Shown here piece after piece: positions 27,588-40,143 of a stretch of 64,000 nucleotides of DNA (position 1 is the first letter of the stretch; every line of letters starts with the position of its first letter). The notes beneath the pieces are model-generated. The model did no database searches. It was not told where the DNA came from and saw only the letters and a program-made list of their open reading frames with translations. The translations under genes and the position numbers were made by a program. Source of the stretch: Octopus vulgaris (lineage: Eukaryota). The stretch spans positions 127,782,001-127,846,000 of the forward strand of contig OX597819.1 of assembly GCA_951406725.2 (NCBI GenBank), in the 5' to 3' direction.

Positions 27588-27642
27588 CAAAACTGTCCGA
27601 CGAACGGGAACGTGAAACTCCGAGTAACAGCTTTTGTTATAT
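27583..27642 (+). ncRNA. Type I hammerhead ribozyme, CCGACGA core variant
   Basis: tataacaaaaCTGT-CCGACGA-ACG-GGAA-CGT-GAAA-CT-CCG-AG-TA-ACAGcttttgttata. Confidence 0.75.
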
Positions 27643-27663
27643 TTCTGCTGCTTTTAAATAAAG

Positions 27664-27697
<34 letters not shown>

Positions 27698-28349
27698 TGT
27701 ATGTATGCATGCATTTATACATGTATATATACATAGACATACACACACATACATACATACATACATACATACATACATACATACATACATACATACATAC
27801 ATACATACATACATACATGCATACATACATAAATACATAGAACACCTGATGAAACTGGAACCTGTGCATTGCTTTTACCAACCCCATTCCCATCTGCATT
27901 ACCCTTATTCTCAAGAATATTTCCAGGTTGATAGTATTGGAGTTAGCTATTGCCTTCCTTATTGTTTTAGAGGAAGTGTTTTCCTTCTAATTGCACTGTC
28001 AATCAAAGTTACTCGATGTTTTTCGACTCACTTATTCTCATATGTGAAACCCTGACTTATCTATAATACTGTTGTTGCCCCGTGTGCTGCTATTGTTGTC
28101 TAGTTCCCAGCTTAGACTTGATGGGATATATAAGTAAAGGCATTCTCGTTGTGATTTTTCTGCCTTTTATTTTTTTAAACTGTTGACTAGTTTATTTATT
28201 TGTGCGTTTCCTTTTATTAAAATCAAAATTTTATTTTGCGGGCGATATTCCGATGCTATTAATAACTATTCTAGTGACCACATAGATGTTTTTCTTGATG
28301 ACCTAATATTGATTTCAAATTTTGGCACAAGACCAGTAATTTATGAGGC

Positions 28350-28525
28350 GGGGGTAAGTCGATTGCATTGACCCCCAATACTCAACTGATATTTATTTTA
28401 TCGATATCGAAAGAATGAAAGATAAAGTCAACCTCGGCAGAATTTCAACTCTGAACATTACGACGGATGAAATACTGCTAAGCATTTTGTCCGGTATGTC
28501 AATGGTTCTGCCAGCTCGCCGCCTT
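28350..28525 (-). mobile_element. Older SINE family A-related copy
   Basis: aagtcaacctcggcagaattt..ctgccagctcgccgcc. Confidence 0.8.
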
Positions 28526-28698
28526 GCATCTTGATGATTCTATATTACAGATATTCTATGAAGATAACGAGTTCATAGAATAATTAGGGTGCCGGACAAA
28601 ATGCTCAGCAGTATTTCCTCCGCCTTTACGTTCTGAGTTCAAATTCCGCGGAGGTTAATTTCGTCGTTCGTCCTATCTGGGTCAATAAAATATGTACC

Positions 28699-29114
28699 TA
28701 TTTCTTTATTACCCACAAGGGGCTAAACATAGAGGGGACAAACAAGGACAGACATAAGTATTAAGTCGATTACATCGACTCCAGTGCGGAACTGGTACTT
28801 AATTTATCGACCCCGAAAGGATGAAAGGCAAAGTCAACCTCGGCGGAATTTGAACTCACAACGTAACGACAGACGAAATACCTATTTCTTTATTACCCAC
28901 AAGGGGCTAAACATAGAGGGGACAAACAAGGACAGACATAGGTATTAAGTCGATTATATCGACCCCAGTTCGTAACTGGTACTTAATTTATCGACCCCGA
29001 AAGGATGAAAGGCAAAGTCGACCTCGGCGGAATTTGAACTCACAACGTAACGACAGACGAAATACCGCTAAGCATTTCATCCGGCGTGCTAACGTTTCTG
29101 CCAGCTCGCCGCCT
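28699..29114 (-). mobile_element. SINE family A dimer nested inside an older + strand family A copy (~28590-29160)
   Basis: 17 bp TSD tcaataaaatatgtacc (28682-98 / 29115-31). Confidence 0.92.
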
Positions 29115-29759
29115 TCAATAAAATATGTACCACTTGAGCACTGGGGTTGATGTAATCTATTAGCACCCCAACCTATCCAAAAATGTCGGGTTCTGTGCCT
29201 CTAGTAGAAAGGAGTATTACGGGCACTGCATTAGCTTACCTAAAATTAAATTATTCAACGTCACTTTTATTGATTTATTTATTTATTTATTTTGAAGACT
29301 GTAGATAGTGATTTAAAGGTGATTGTCTTTGATTGCTATTTCTAGCAACATCGACTTCCTGGATAGAAGCTACTTTATTAACCCGGCATTTCTCGGTCCA
29401 TTGTCCGTTATTTTATGTATCAACTAGGTCATCACCGATATCATTGTACTACATTACTAACAGGCAATTTCTTATATTATCATCGAAAATCATAGATAGT
29501 TTCTCGCCGACGTGAGTCTGTGGGTCGAATTTGATTTCCCGATTTTGCCATTTCACATTACTTATGTCGCTAATACCTCTGGGATGGGCAATAAGCGTCA
29601 CACATTCTACTTCCATTCATCATCTGTCTTTAAGTCTGCTTATCTACACTCCTCCCTAGAGATGTTATAATTTCTCATCAAACTACTTCCGTAAGAAGAT
29701 ATGCTACTGAGAAAAGGGTCTGAAAGATGGTAGAAAGGGAAAGAAATAGGAAGCCAGAA

Positions 29760-29799
<40 letters not shown>

Positions 29800-29841
29800 G
29801 TAGGTAGGTAGGTAGGTAGTTAGGTAGATAGATAGATAGAC

Positions 29842-29915
<74 letters not shown>

Positions 29916-29955
29916 GAAGGAATGAAAGAAGGAAGGAAGGAAGGAAGGAAGGAGG
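29760..29955. repeat. (GAAA)/(GATA)/(GGTA)/(GGAA) tetranucleotide repeats
   Basis: Direct reading. Confidence 0.95.
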
Positions 29956-30689
29956 AATCAATGAGTCAGAAACAGAAAGAGAGGCGGGGAAAGAATACGA
30001 GGGAGACAAACTTAAAACAAAGAAAGTTACAGTGAGAGACAGATAACAGACGAATATTCGGAGACAAACTTAGTTCTGAAACAGAAGGAGAGATAGAGAG
30101 AGACAGAGAGAGAGAGAGAAGGAGATATAGGGGGATGAAGATGGAAGAGGAGAGAAGGGAGAGGCAGGGGGACAGAGAGAAAGGTCGATGTGTTTTTGAA
30201 GACGTGACAGTCAAAACTTTTAGGGAGAAGCTGCCCCGATTCTATCCCTAAGCAGACAGCAGACACTTCCGAAATCCAATACATTACTAAAAATAAGAGA
30301 GGCTGTGAAAATGAGACGAACAGACAGACAGGGAGCAGTAAAGGATCGAGCGAATGATACGGAAATAGAGAGAGAAAAAATGAGAGGGAGAGACTAGCAA
30401 AGAAAGAGGTGGGGCAGAAAGGAAGCAGACTCTCAGACAGATAGACTAAGACGAAGAGAGATAAAGCTAGGAAAAGATAGAGACGCAGAGGAAGAAAGGG
30501 GGAGAGAAAAATGAGAGAGAAATTATATAAAAAAATGAAACTGAGGAACAAAAGGATTTTAAGCCTTAGTATGTTTTTCTTCTTTGACAAATTCCTTAAC
30601 TTCAAGGGTTTGGCTAAGATGCATAAAAACAAACTGAATTGCTTTTTCTCATTCCGCCTAAGAAAGGAAATACTTTTCAAGATTTTGAC

Positions 30690-31081
30690 CATTTACTCTT
30701 TACTCTCTTTTACTTGTTTCAGTCATTTGACTGCGGCCATGATGAAGCACTGCCTTTAATCGAGCAACTCGACCCCGGGACTTATTCTTTTGTAAGCCCA
30801 GTACTTATTCTATCGGTCTCTCTTTTGCCGAACCGATAAGTGACGGGGACGTAAACACACCAGCACCGGTTGTCAAGCAATGCTAGGGGAACAAACACAC
30901 ACACGCATATATACACATATATACGACGAGCTTCTTTCAGTTTCCGTCTACCAAATCCACTCACAAGGCTTTGGTCGGCCCGAGGCTATAGTAGTAGACA
31001 CTTGCCGAAGGTGCCACGCAGTGGGACTGAACCCGGAACCATGTGGTTGGTAAACAAGCTACTTACCACACAGCCACTCCT
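30690..31081 (-). mobile_element. SINE family B, full length
   Basis: Reverse complement of 7963-8365. Confidence 0.92.
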
Positions 31082-31438
31082 GGTAACAAAATATAAAAAA
31101 GTCTGGGTGAAGTTAGAGTCGTTAATATTCACTTTAATATTCACCCGAAAAGATTTATTGAACAGGAAGATAGGGAGAGAATTTCCAAACATTTTAATTC
31201 TCTATGAGCGGAGAGCCAAGATGTTCCCATGAGTATTTTTTCTTCGAGTGTTTGTGTGTGAATATCGATGTGTTTCTTTGGATATGTGCTCGCCTGTAAA
31301 TGCTTGTAAGTGTTTATGTGTATATATCTATATCTGTCATTGTGTTTATATGTACTGACTCACGTGATTGTCTAGCCTCAGGTCATCTCTGACCAAACCC
31401 ATAGTCTACAGCGTTTAAACTATGACTAAGACGTCCTT

Positions 31439-31659
31439 GGCGGCGAGCTGGCAGAACCGTAAGCACGCCGGGCGAAATGCGTAGCCGTATTTCGTTTGCC
31501 GTTATGTTCCGAGTTCAAAATCCGCCGAGGTCGACTTTGCCTTACATCCTTTCGGGGTCGATAAATAAAATACCAGTTACGCACTGGGGTCGATGTAATT
31601 GACTTAATCCGTTTGTTTGTCCCCCCTATGTTTAGCCCCTTGTGGGTAGTAATGAAATG
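31439..31659 (+). mobile_element. SINE family A monomer
   Basis: TSD taagacgtcctt (31427-38 / 31660-71). Confidence 0.92.
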
Positions 31660-32413
31660 TAAGACGTCCTTTCGCACGTCTAGGACTACTTAAACTAATA
31701 CCTGTATTATAATCCTTATTTTCATATACTGTCCCAATGTTTTAGAGATTTGGAGAGACTGGTACCACCGATGTTAATTTATTATGGAAATTATTAAACA
31801 AGGTGACAAGTTATAATGTAAAATTATGTTGGGAATTAGTGCATCATCAGCTACGTTTTCTGTCTATTTATAATATAATATGCGGGGTCCGCATATTCTT
31901 TCTTGAGTAAGACGTTTTGAAAAATATGTTCCAATATAAGTTTATAGCAGGTTTAAGGTTTGTATTCTAAGAAAAATCACGACCTCTATAAATACCCAAT
32001 ACCTTTCATTGATAGTTGCCGCTCCTTTCAGCTCACAACGCCCACCAGAGGCCAGTACTATCTCGATTAAGAACTACTCTGCACAGTGTTTATGGTAGGT
32101 AGAAGAATATTATCTTTCTGTAAATACATAGCCACTTAATTGACTGAGTACGTGGTTGCTCAAAGTGCTCGAAATAGCAGCCATATGTCTTTAGACGATA
32201 CATTATCGATTAACATATCGTGGGCCGATTAAAATATTAAAATATTAAAAGACAACATGCTATCGATTAAAAAAAGACAATATGAGGCCGAGGTAAATTC
32301 CTGGAACAAAAATAAGATAAGGGTTAGCATGGATTGAATGATTCTCATAACAGACCTCCTCGAAGACGGCTGATGTCGGGTTAAACAACAAAAATGGAAT
32401 AGCATTAGCAACA

Positions 32414-32745
32414 GGAGGCGCAATAGCCTAAAGGTTAGGGCAGCAGACTCGCGGTCGGAGGATTGCGGTTTCGATTCCCAGACCGGGTGTTGTGTATGTT
32501 TATTGAGCGAAAACACCTAAAGCTCCACGAGACTCCGGCAGGGGGTGGTGGCGACCCCCTGTTGTACTCTTTCGCTCCAACTTTCTCTCACTCTTTCTTC
32601 CTATTTCTTGTCTCCGACTTCCTACGCAAACGCTGAGCCTGGAAGCGCATTCATCCATCCGTCGATGCTCTCGGTGTCGGGGGTTAACCTGCTTTCTCTT
32701 CTGCGGGTCTTACGAATAGCAAAGGACTTCGTTTTGGACTTCTAT
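32414..32745 (+). mobile_element. SINE family C (tRNA-Arg-like head) with an alternative tail
   Basis: ggaggcgcaatagcc..gactcgcggtc..ggtttcgattccc; first ~195 bp match the reverse complement of 44505-44698. Confidence 0.85.
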
Positions 32746-33159
32746 CATCTTGCGAGCTCTGGGACGAAGACCGCTTCGCTCACCAGCAACAGCAACAGCA
32801 ACAGCAGCCGCGATAGTGACAACTACGATTTACTTGCAGGAGAAAATCTCCGCCATGTTGATGTATATATAGTCAACTTCCTATTCACCAGAATGTAGGA
32901 GAGCAAGTTTAGATTTTTTTTGATTTGTTTGGACATGCAATTACTTTACTTCCAACACACGAATAACGATCGGAACGTGTGTGCGCGTGAGAGAGCGTGA
33001 GAGAGCGTGTGCGTGCGTGTAGGTGTGTGTGTGTGTGTGTGTATGCATATATCTACATAGGGCTACTAATGTATTTGCTTGTGTTAGTATGCATGTATGT
33101 GGATGGACATTTAGAGCGTGTGAATGTGCATAATATGCATAAAATGTATAAATATAATG

Positions 33160-33174
33160 CATGATATAACACTA

Positions 33175-33218
<44 letters not shown>

Positions 33219-33639
33219 TAGCATTATATCATGCATTATATATATATATATACAACATATATTTAAGATATATATATATATATATATTGATTTGTATATA
33301 CGTACGTTTGTAAATATATATGTGTTTCTGTGTGTTTATGTGTATGTATGTATTATAATAAAAACGAACTAAGCAGAAATACCATTGTAGATATGTACTC
33401 TCATATTAATAAAAAAAAAACGCATATACGCATATACACACACACATACGAATATACGAACGAATGCATATATCTCAGTATGGATGCGTATATAAATGCA
33501 AATTTGTGAGAGGGCATATATAGACTGTCTAAAAATATACATTAGTTCTTTATGTTTCTGTTTTTCTGCCTTTATTCTTATTATACATACTAATATGCAT
33601 ATACATATATACATATATATATATACATGCATACATATA

Positions 33640-33705
<66 letters not shown>

Positions 33706-34151
33706 ATATATATGTATATGTATATGTATATATGCATATATATTTACATGCACGCGTGTATGAATATATTGCAACACACATATATATTCATGTGCATCTT
33801 ATTATACACCCGTGTGCATAAATCTATTTCATAAGCAGAGCAATATTTTATCCGGTAGTTATTATTATAGGGATATTTCTTATGTAGTGCGGTCATTGTA
33901 ATGTGTACGATTAAGAACAGAAGGATGGTCTATCTTTGAAGAATAAAGCAGGGGGAAAAAATAAAGAAAACCAAAAATGAAGCTTGGAAAATGCACATAT
34001 ATTTTCACACCTACCCTCTTACCTGCCTAAACCAAAACGAGGGAAAGAACAAGACTCGAAATTTAACTATCTTTATATGTGTATGCCTCATTGTTCAGTT
34101 TTATTTCAAGATTTCTTGCCAATAGAGAATGAGCCGCTCTATGTATGTATG

Positions 34152-34185
<34 letters not shown>

Positions 34186-34263
34186 TGTATGTATGTATGT
34201 ATGTATGTATGTATGTATGTATGTATGTATGTATGTATGTATGTATGTATGTGTGCATGTACG

Positions 34264-34303
<40 letters not shown>

Positions 34304-34351
34304 AACAAAGATACACATGTATATACATATATATGTATATATATATGTCTG

Positions 34352-34385
<34 letters not shown>

Positions 34386-34577
34386 CATATATATATGTAT
34401 ATATGTATATATAAATGTATATATGTATATATATGTATACATATATATATACATATATATATATGCATATATATATATATATACATATATATATACATGT
34501 ATATATATATGTATATACATGTGTATCTGTGTATGTATATATAAATACATATATACACATGTATACACACACACACA

Positions 34578-34616
<39 letters not shown>

Positions 34617-34720
34617 TGTTCTTAATAGTACTCAATATATATTCATGAGAATACATATATACATGCACGCGCGTACACACACACACACACGCACGCACGC
34701 ACACACACACACACGTGTAT
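33160..34720. repeat. Several (TA)n/(TATG)n microsatellite blocks
   Basis: Direct reading. Confidence 0.85.
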
Positions 34721-35261
34721 ACTCACCAACACAACGGCATTTCATTATCAACCTGTATATGTAGATGTTTGTATTGTCGTTCAATTTCTCCCCCAGTCTA
34801 GCATTATTTTTCTCGAATATGTAAGTCTATTTCTAGCCTTTGATATCTGTCTTTTTCCGTTAAAGAACCAACATTTATTTGTTTATTTATTTATTTGTTT
34901 ATTTATTTATTTATTTATTTATTTATTAACTTATTTATTTATTTATTGTATGACGTATATTCTATGCTTGAGTGTATATTTGAATGCGTTTTCTTCTAAG
35001 ACAGATATGCTAAATATTCTTCGTTCTCTTGCTAAGTATTTCAAATGATAAATAAATAAAGTAGCGATAAAGATACTTGCATGTTGAAGAAGAAGTCTGT
35101 TTTGGAACCATGCAGTTCAGGTTTCGATTTCACTGCATGCACCTTGGACAAGTATCTTTAAGCATTGCCTCTGAATAATAATAATAGATTTTGCAAAGTG
35201 TTTGACACTCAGAGGCCCTATTGCATGTATGTATGTATGTATGTATGTATGTATGTATGTA

Positions 35262-35602
35262 TGCGCGGGGACATAGAAATAATCGGACTGAATACCCGAT
35301 CGCGCGGTTAAGCCATTGGGAGTGAAGGACTCCCAGCCTTTGTTAGGGCATTCTTCTAGGAGATGGTAACTCAGGAAACTGGGATAACTCCGACATAAAA
35401 GCTGCGGCTCAGTGGTTACCGATGATATTGGCATGTTCTTCTTTTCGGATTATGGCTGCTGTTGCTTACTGAGTGGGATTGACTCAGTGCATAGCCTTTC
35501 CTCACTTAAAAAAACAAATCTTCTTGCACAGGCATTGCACGATAACAACATTGATTAAGCTTCGTGCAATGGCCATACTCGATAACGAGGGGGCAGCCAC
35601 CA
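35262..35602 (+). mobile_element. Unclassified interspersed repeat, possibly derived from an RTE 5' UTR, within (ATGT)n
   Basis: GC-richer unit with ctaggagatggtaactc motif and hairpin cattgcacga..tcgtgcaatg. Confidence 0.4.
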
Positions 35603-36894
35603 TGTATGCATTTATAACATATATCAATATAACATTAATATAAATATATCATTTATAATAATCTGATACTTGTTGTCTGCTTGTGTATGCTTTTATTCTA
35701 TAAAATACACACGTCAGTTCGATCAGTACATCGGCTTTGTCAATCTGTATCTAGATAGCTATCACATCTTTGCCTTTTACGTTAGGTTAATGCAGTTTAA
35801 TATTACGGTAGTTTAATGTATGGAAAGCAAAACTAATTCCGCTATTTATCCAGAGATATCATTGTTCACAAGCGCTGTTTACGTTGGAATGGGCAGCTTA
35901 TTTGAATGATTGATTGGGTTATCCCTAAACACATGCTATATGGCAAATTTCTTTGTGGAGAGTGACTCCGTCAGAAACCAAGACTGCTATTTAAGTATTG
36001 TGTAATGTCTTCGTTGAAAGCGTGTGAAATACGTGAGGTCAAATAGGAAAGCAATCCTTGTGATCACCATAAAGGAAGAAGTGGGTATTTTCGAAAAAAC
36101 ATATTTCATGCAAAATTTAAACGGGCTACTCGAAAACGCACCGCCGGTAGTGAATGGGGTAAGTTTGGTCAGCAATATCTGCGGGCGTGTATGATTATTG
36201 AAAGCAAGGCTCATCAGTCCCCAGTGGAGCAACAAGTGTAAAGTCTAAATTTACTGAGTACACGATGTTCTTACTGGCCAGCGATATCGTCTTCAGTCAC
36301 GGTTGGACAGACATCATGTTGCTATGAATATTTTTTTCTTCGAGTGTTTTGTATGTGTAAATATCGATGTGTTAGTCTGAGTATGTGCACGCCTGTAAAT
36401 GCTTGCAGCCGTTTGTGAGTGTGCGTATGTGTAATGAATCGTGTGATAGTTTAGCCCCAGGTCAGCCCTGATTGACCAAACCCATAGTCAAAGGCATTCC
36501 AACCATGACTAGCACGTCCTTTTGCATGCATAGGACTACATTATCTGATACGTCCTTTCTGCGAAGAAAGAAAACGGCGAGGTATTTGCTGCTTTTAGCA
36601 TCATGAGTGGCCACATAGCTGTTCACTTGTTGGACCTCATGCGGATAGAAGCTGTATGTCTTTGTATTTTGTGGATACCTCTATGTTTGTGTATAGTGTT
36701 TGTGAATGTGCATGTGTGTGTTTCTGTATTTAGGAAGTGTTCAATTACGTGTATATCACATTCCAGCATTCCTGGAATCATCTCTCCCTTAATACTGTCA
36801 TTTGTTCATTTGAATCGAGACTACGATGAAGATTATATTCTACTTAGAAAACGTTTACGTCTGTGCATGTAACATTAAAATACATAAGCACAGT

Positions 36895-36919
36895 TGTATG
36901 TATGCAATGTATGTGTGTG

Positions 36920-36951
<32 letters not shown>

Positions 36952-37157
36952 TGTATGTATGTATGTATGTATGTATGTATGTATGTATGTATGTCTGCAC
37001 TAACGTATGCACGTATGTACGCATGTATGTATGTGTGTATGTAGCTTTGCTTGTGTTTCTCTGTGTACATGCATATGTTTGTCTATGGACATTCATTCAT
37101 ATGTTTAAACACATAAATGTGTATGTATCTATCTGTAAGTATGTGTGAAAGTAGATA

Positions 37158-37196
<39 letters not shown>

Positions 37197-37241
37197 TGTA
37201 TATATATATACATGTATATATATATATACATACATGTATAT

Positions 37242-37282
<41 letters not shown>

Positions 37283-37362
37283 TATATGTGTGTATATATA
37301 TATACACATACACATATATATATATGTATATATACATACATGTATATATATATATTTATATG

Positions 37363-37432
<70 letters not shown>

Positions 37433-37560
37433 TGTATGTATGTATGTATATGTATATATTTATATATGTATGTATGTATACATACGTGTACACATATATA
37501 TATATACGTACATACGTATACATATATAAATGAATATACATGCATATACACGTGTTTGTG
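36895..37560. repeat. (TATG)n/(TA)n microsatellites
   Basis: Direct reading. Confidence 0.95.
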
Positions 37561-38526
37561 TATGTCGTGATTTTCATTAATATATGATGGTCAATTAAGA
37601 GGATTCACTATTAAAAATTTCAGAAGGCTAATAGTAAACAGCAATAAAATAAATAGATATATAATTAAATGATTAAATGACCTAAGTGAGAAGAAATAAC
37701 TAAAATAGACTAATAAATAATAAATTATAAATAATGATTATCTAAATGAAATGAAATGAAAAAGAAAGAAGAGAGGGAAAGAGAAAAAATAACAAGCTGT
37801 CATAATGAGGAGGGCTCATCTTTCAGTTTGGTCATTTCATACAGAGAATTCTGTCTCCTATTCGGCGATATTTCCCCAGCGGCGTCGAAGACCTAAATTT
37901 GACAAATTCTTCAATTTAATTCACGTTTTTGTTCCTCACTAAACTGACACGGTCTCTCGCGGCCTCATAACACTAAAAAATCTGTGTACGAGTCGCAGCT
38001 TGCCACTTTTTTCTGTTTTTTTATTTCCCTTATTGACGCGTATGCGTTTCTCTTGGTCTAAGTACGAATATGTCAGTGTTTTATAGCAGCCAATTGGTTA
38101 CGGTACCGTGATAATAAATATACGACGATTGTATTTAATATAAATGACTAAATATAGGTTAAAGTATAAATTTAAATTATATGAGATATAAAAGATGCTA
38201 TGTGCACTTAACTTTTTATTATTACGCACTTGAAATATGTCATTTGTATATTTCTTGTCTGCAGTCACTGGCTGATTCGTTATTTTAAAACACTTATAAG
38301 TACACACGTATATGCTCTGTTACTTGCGTTAGCCCATAGGCAGCGACCATACTGTAGCACATCAGTATTTGTTTCTTTTCATTTTTGCCTCTAATTTTAC
38401 ATTTCTGTGGCTTTCTTTCTTTTTCTCCTTTTGTGAAGAATTTAGTTTGACTCTACGGTCTTAATTTTTATTTTTTGCAGTTCGTCTGGGATCTCTAGAA
38501 TTAAACACTCCAGCTATTTCTTGAAT

Positions 38527-38762
38527 ACCAATTTCTTTACTACCCACAAGGGGCTAAACACAGAGAGGACAAACAAGGACAGACAAACGGATTAAGTCGA
38601 TTACATCGACCCCAGTGCGTAACTGGTACTTATTTAATCGACCCCGCAAAGATGAAAGGCAAAGTCAACCTCGGCGGAATTTGAACTCAGAACGTAACGG
38701 CAGATGAAATACGGCTACGCATTTCGTCCGGCGTGCTAACGTTTCTGCCAGATCGCCGCCTT
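38527..38762 (-). mobile_element. SINE family A monomer
   Basis: Flanking tttc(t/c)tgaatac direct repeat. Confidence 0.9.
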
Positions 38763-39125
38763 TGTTTCCTGAATACTTTTAATTCAACCCATATTGATAT
38801 TATCAAGTTTTCAACAAGGTATCAAGAAGCTACAGGCCTTGAAACACTTCGATTTGAGAACTAAACTAACACAAATTATGTTTCCAAATGCTGAAGTTAG
38901 GGAGAATGGGTCACCTAGCACATGCAGTGGATACCAGTTTGGGGTTTAACATCATTCTCTTTGCTAAAATTTAGAGCTAGCCCTTCCAAAATCTCCGACT
39001 TTCACGCTCTTTCTCCCCCTCCCTCTCTTTCTGCTTTCTTTCCTCTTCTCTGTTTCTCCGTATCTGCATGTGGTTGCATCGGTTTTTCTGTGCCTCTTTA
39101 CATCTGTGTGAGTATAGATATCAAA

Positions 39126-39220
<95 letters not shown>

Positions 39221-39221
39221 C

Positions 39222-39381
39222 GTAGAAGTGGCTGTGTGGTAAGTAGCTTGCTTACTAACCACATGGTTCCGGGTTCAGTTCCACTGCGTGGCACATTGGA
39301 CAAGTGTCTTATACTATAGCCTCGGGCCAACCAGAGTCTTGTGAGTGGATTTGGTAGACGGAAACTGAAAGAAGCCCGTCG

Positions 39382-39385
<4 letters not shown>
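39222..39385 (+). mobile_element. SINE family B head
   Basis: gtggctgtgtggtaagtagcttgc...gaagcccgtcg. Confidence 0.9.
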
Positions 39386-39421
<36 letters not shown>

Positions 39422-39546
39422 CGTGTGTATGTGTGTTTGTTTAGTTAGTGGGGGGGGAGTGCCTGTAATATTTGTATCTCCTGTTTATATACGTTCGTGT
39501 AATTTGTTGTTGTTTATTTTTATTTTGCTCATGTGTTTACACCTAC

Positions 39547-39643
<97 letters not shown>

Positions 39644-39800
39644 GGCCACTTCCCCTCCCAAACGCACACTAACTAAATATAGACACACGTAGAAGAATAC
39701 GCATGCGCAAATGAAGACACTTACAAAAGGAATACAAAATACAAAATGGCTGACCGTTAGTAAGGAGAGACACACAAATAAGAAATAAAAAAGCAAAGGA

Positions 39801-39840
39801 CCACTGATGAGGTCACAGAAGTGTGACGAAAGGACTCTGG
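39801..39840 (+). ncRNA. Minimal type I hammerhead ribozyme
   Basis: CCA-CTGATGA-G-GTCACA-GAAG-TGTGAC-GAAA-G-GA-C-TC-TGG. Confidence 0.8.
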
Positions 39841-39960
39841 CCGAAATAAGATTAAGATTAATGTAAAAAATAAATAACGCTGAATCAAAGTAACACCAAA
39901 TATATAGTGCGTGTGTTTTTATTGGCTAAACTGGCAAAATGACCATTCCTAAATACAACA

Positions 39961-39992
<32 letters not shown>

Positions 39993-40002
39993 ATATACTC
40001 TA

Positions 40003-40054
40003 ACAAAAATTGTCCGACGAACGGGGACGTGAAACTCAGAGTAACAGGTTTTGT
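40003..40054 (+). ncRNA. Type I hammerhead ribozyme, CCGACGA core variant (second copy)
   Basis: acaaaaaTTGT-CCGACGA-ACG-GGGA-CGT-GAAA-CT-CAG-AG-TA-ACAGgttttgt. Confidence 0.75.
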
Positions 40055-40079
40055 AGAATTTTCCGCTGCTTTAAATAAA

Positions 40080-40143
<64 letters not shown>

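Noticed and set aside
36000-36165. Open stretch ending in a strong GGG|GTAAGT donor
   Set aside because: No convincing acceptor or protein similarity; cannot be supported without RNA data
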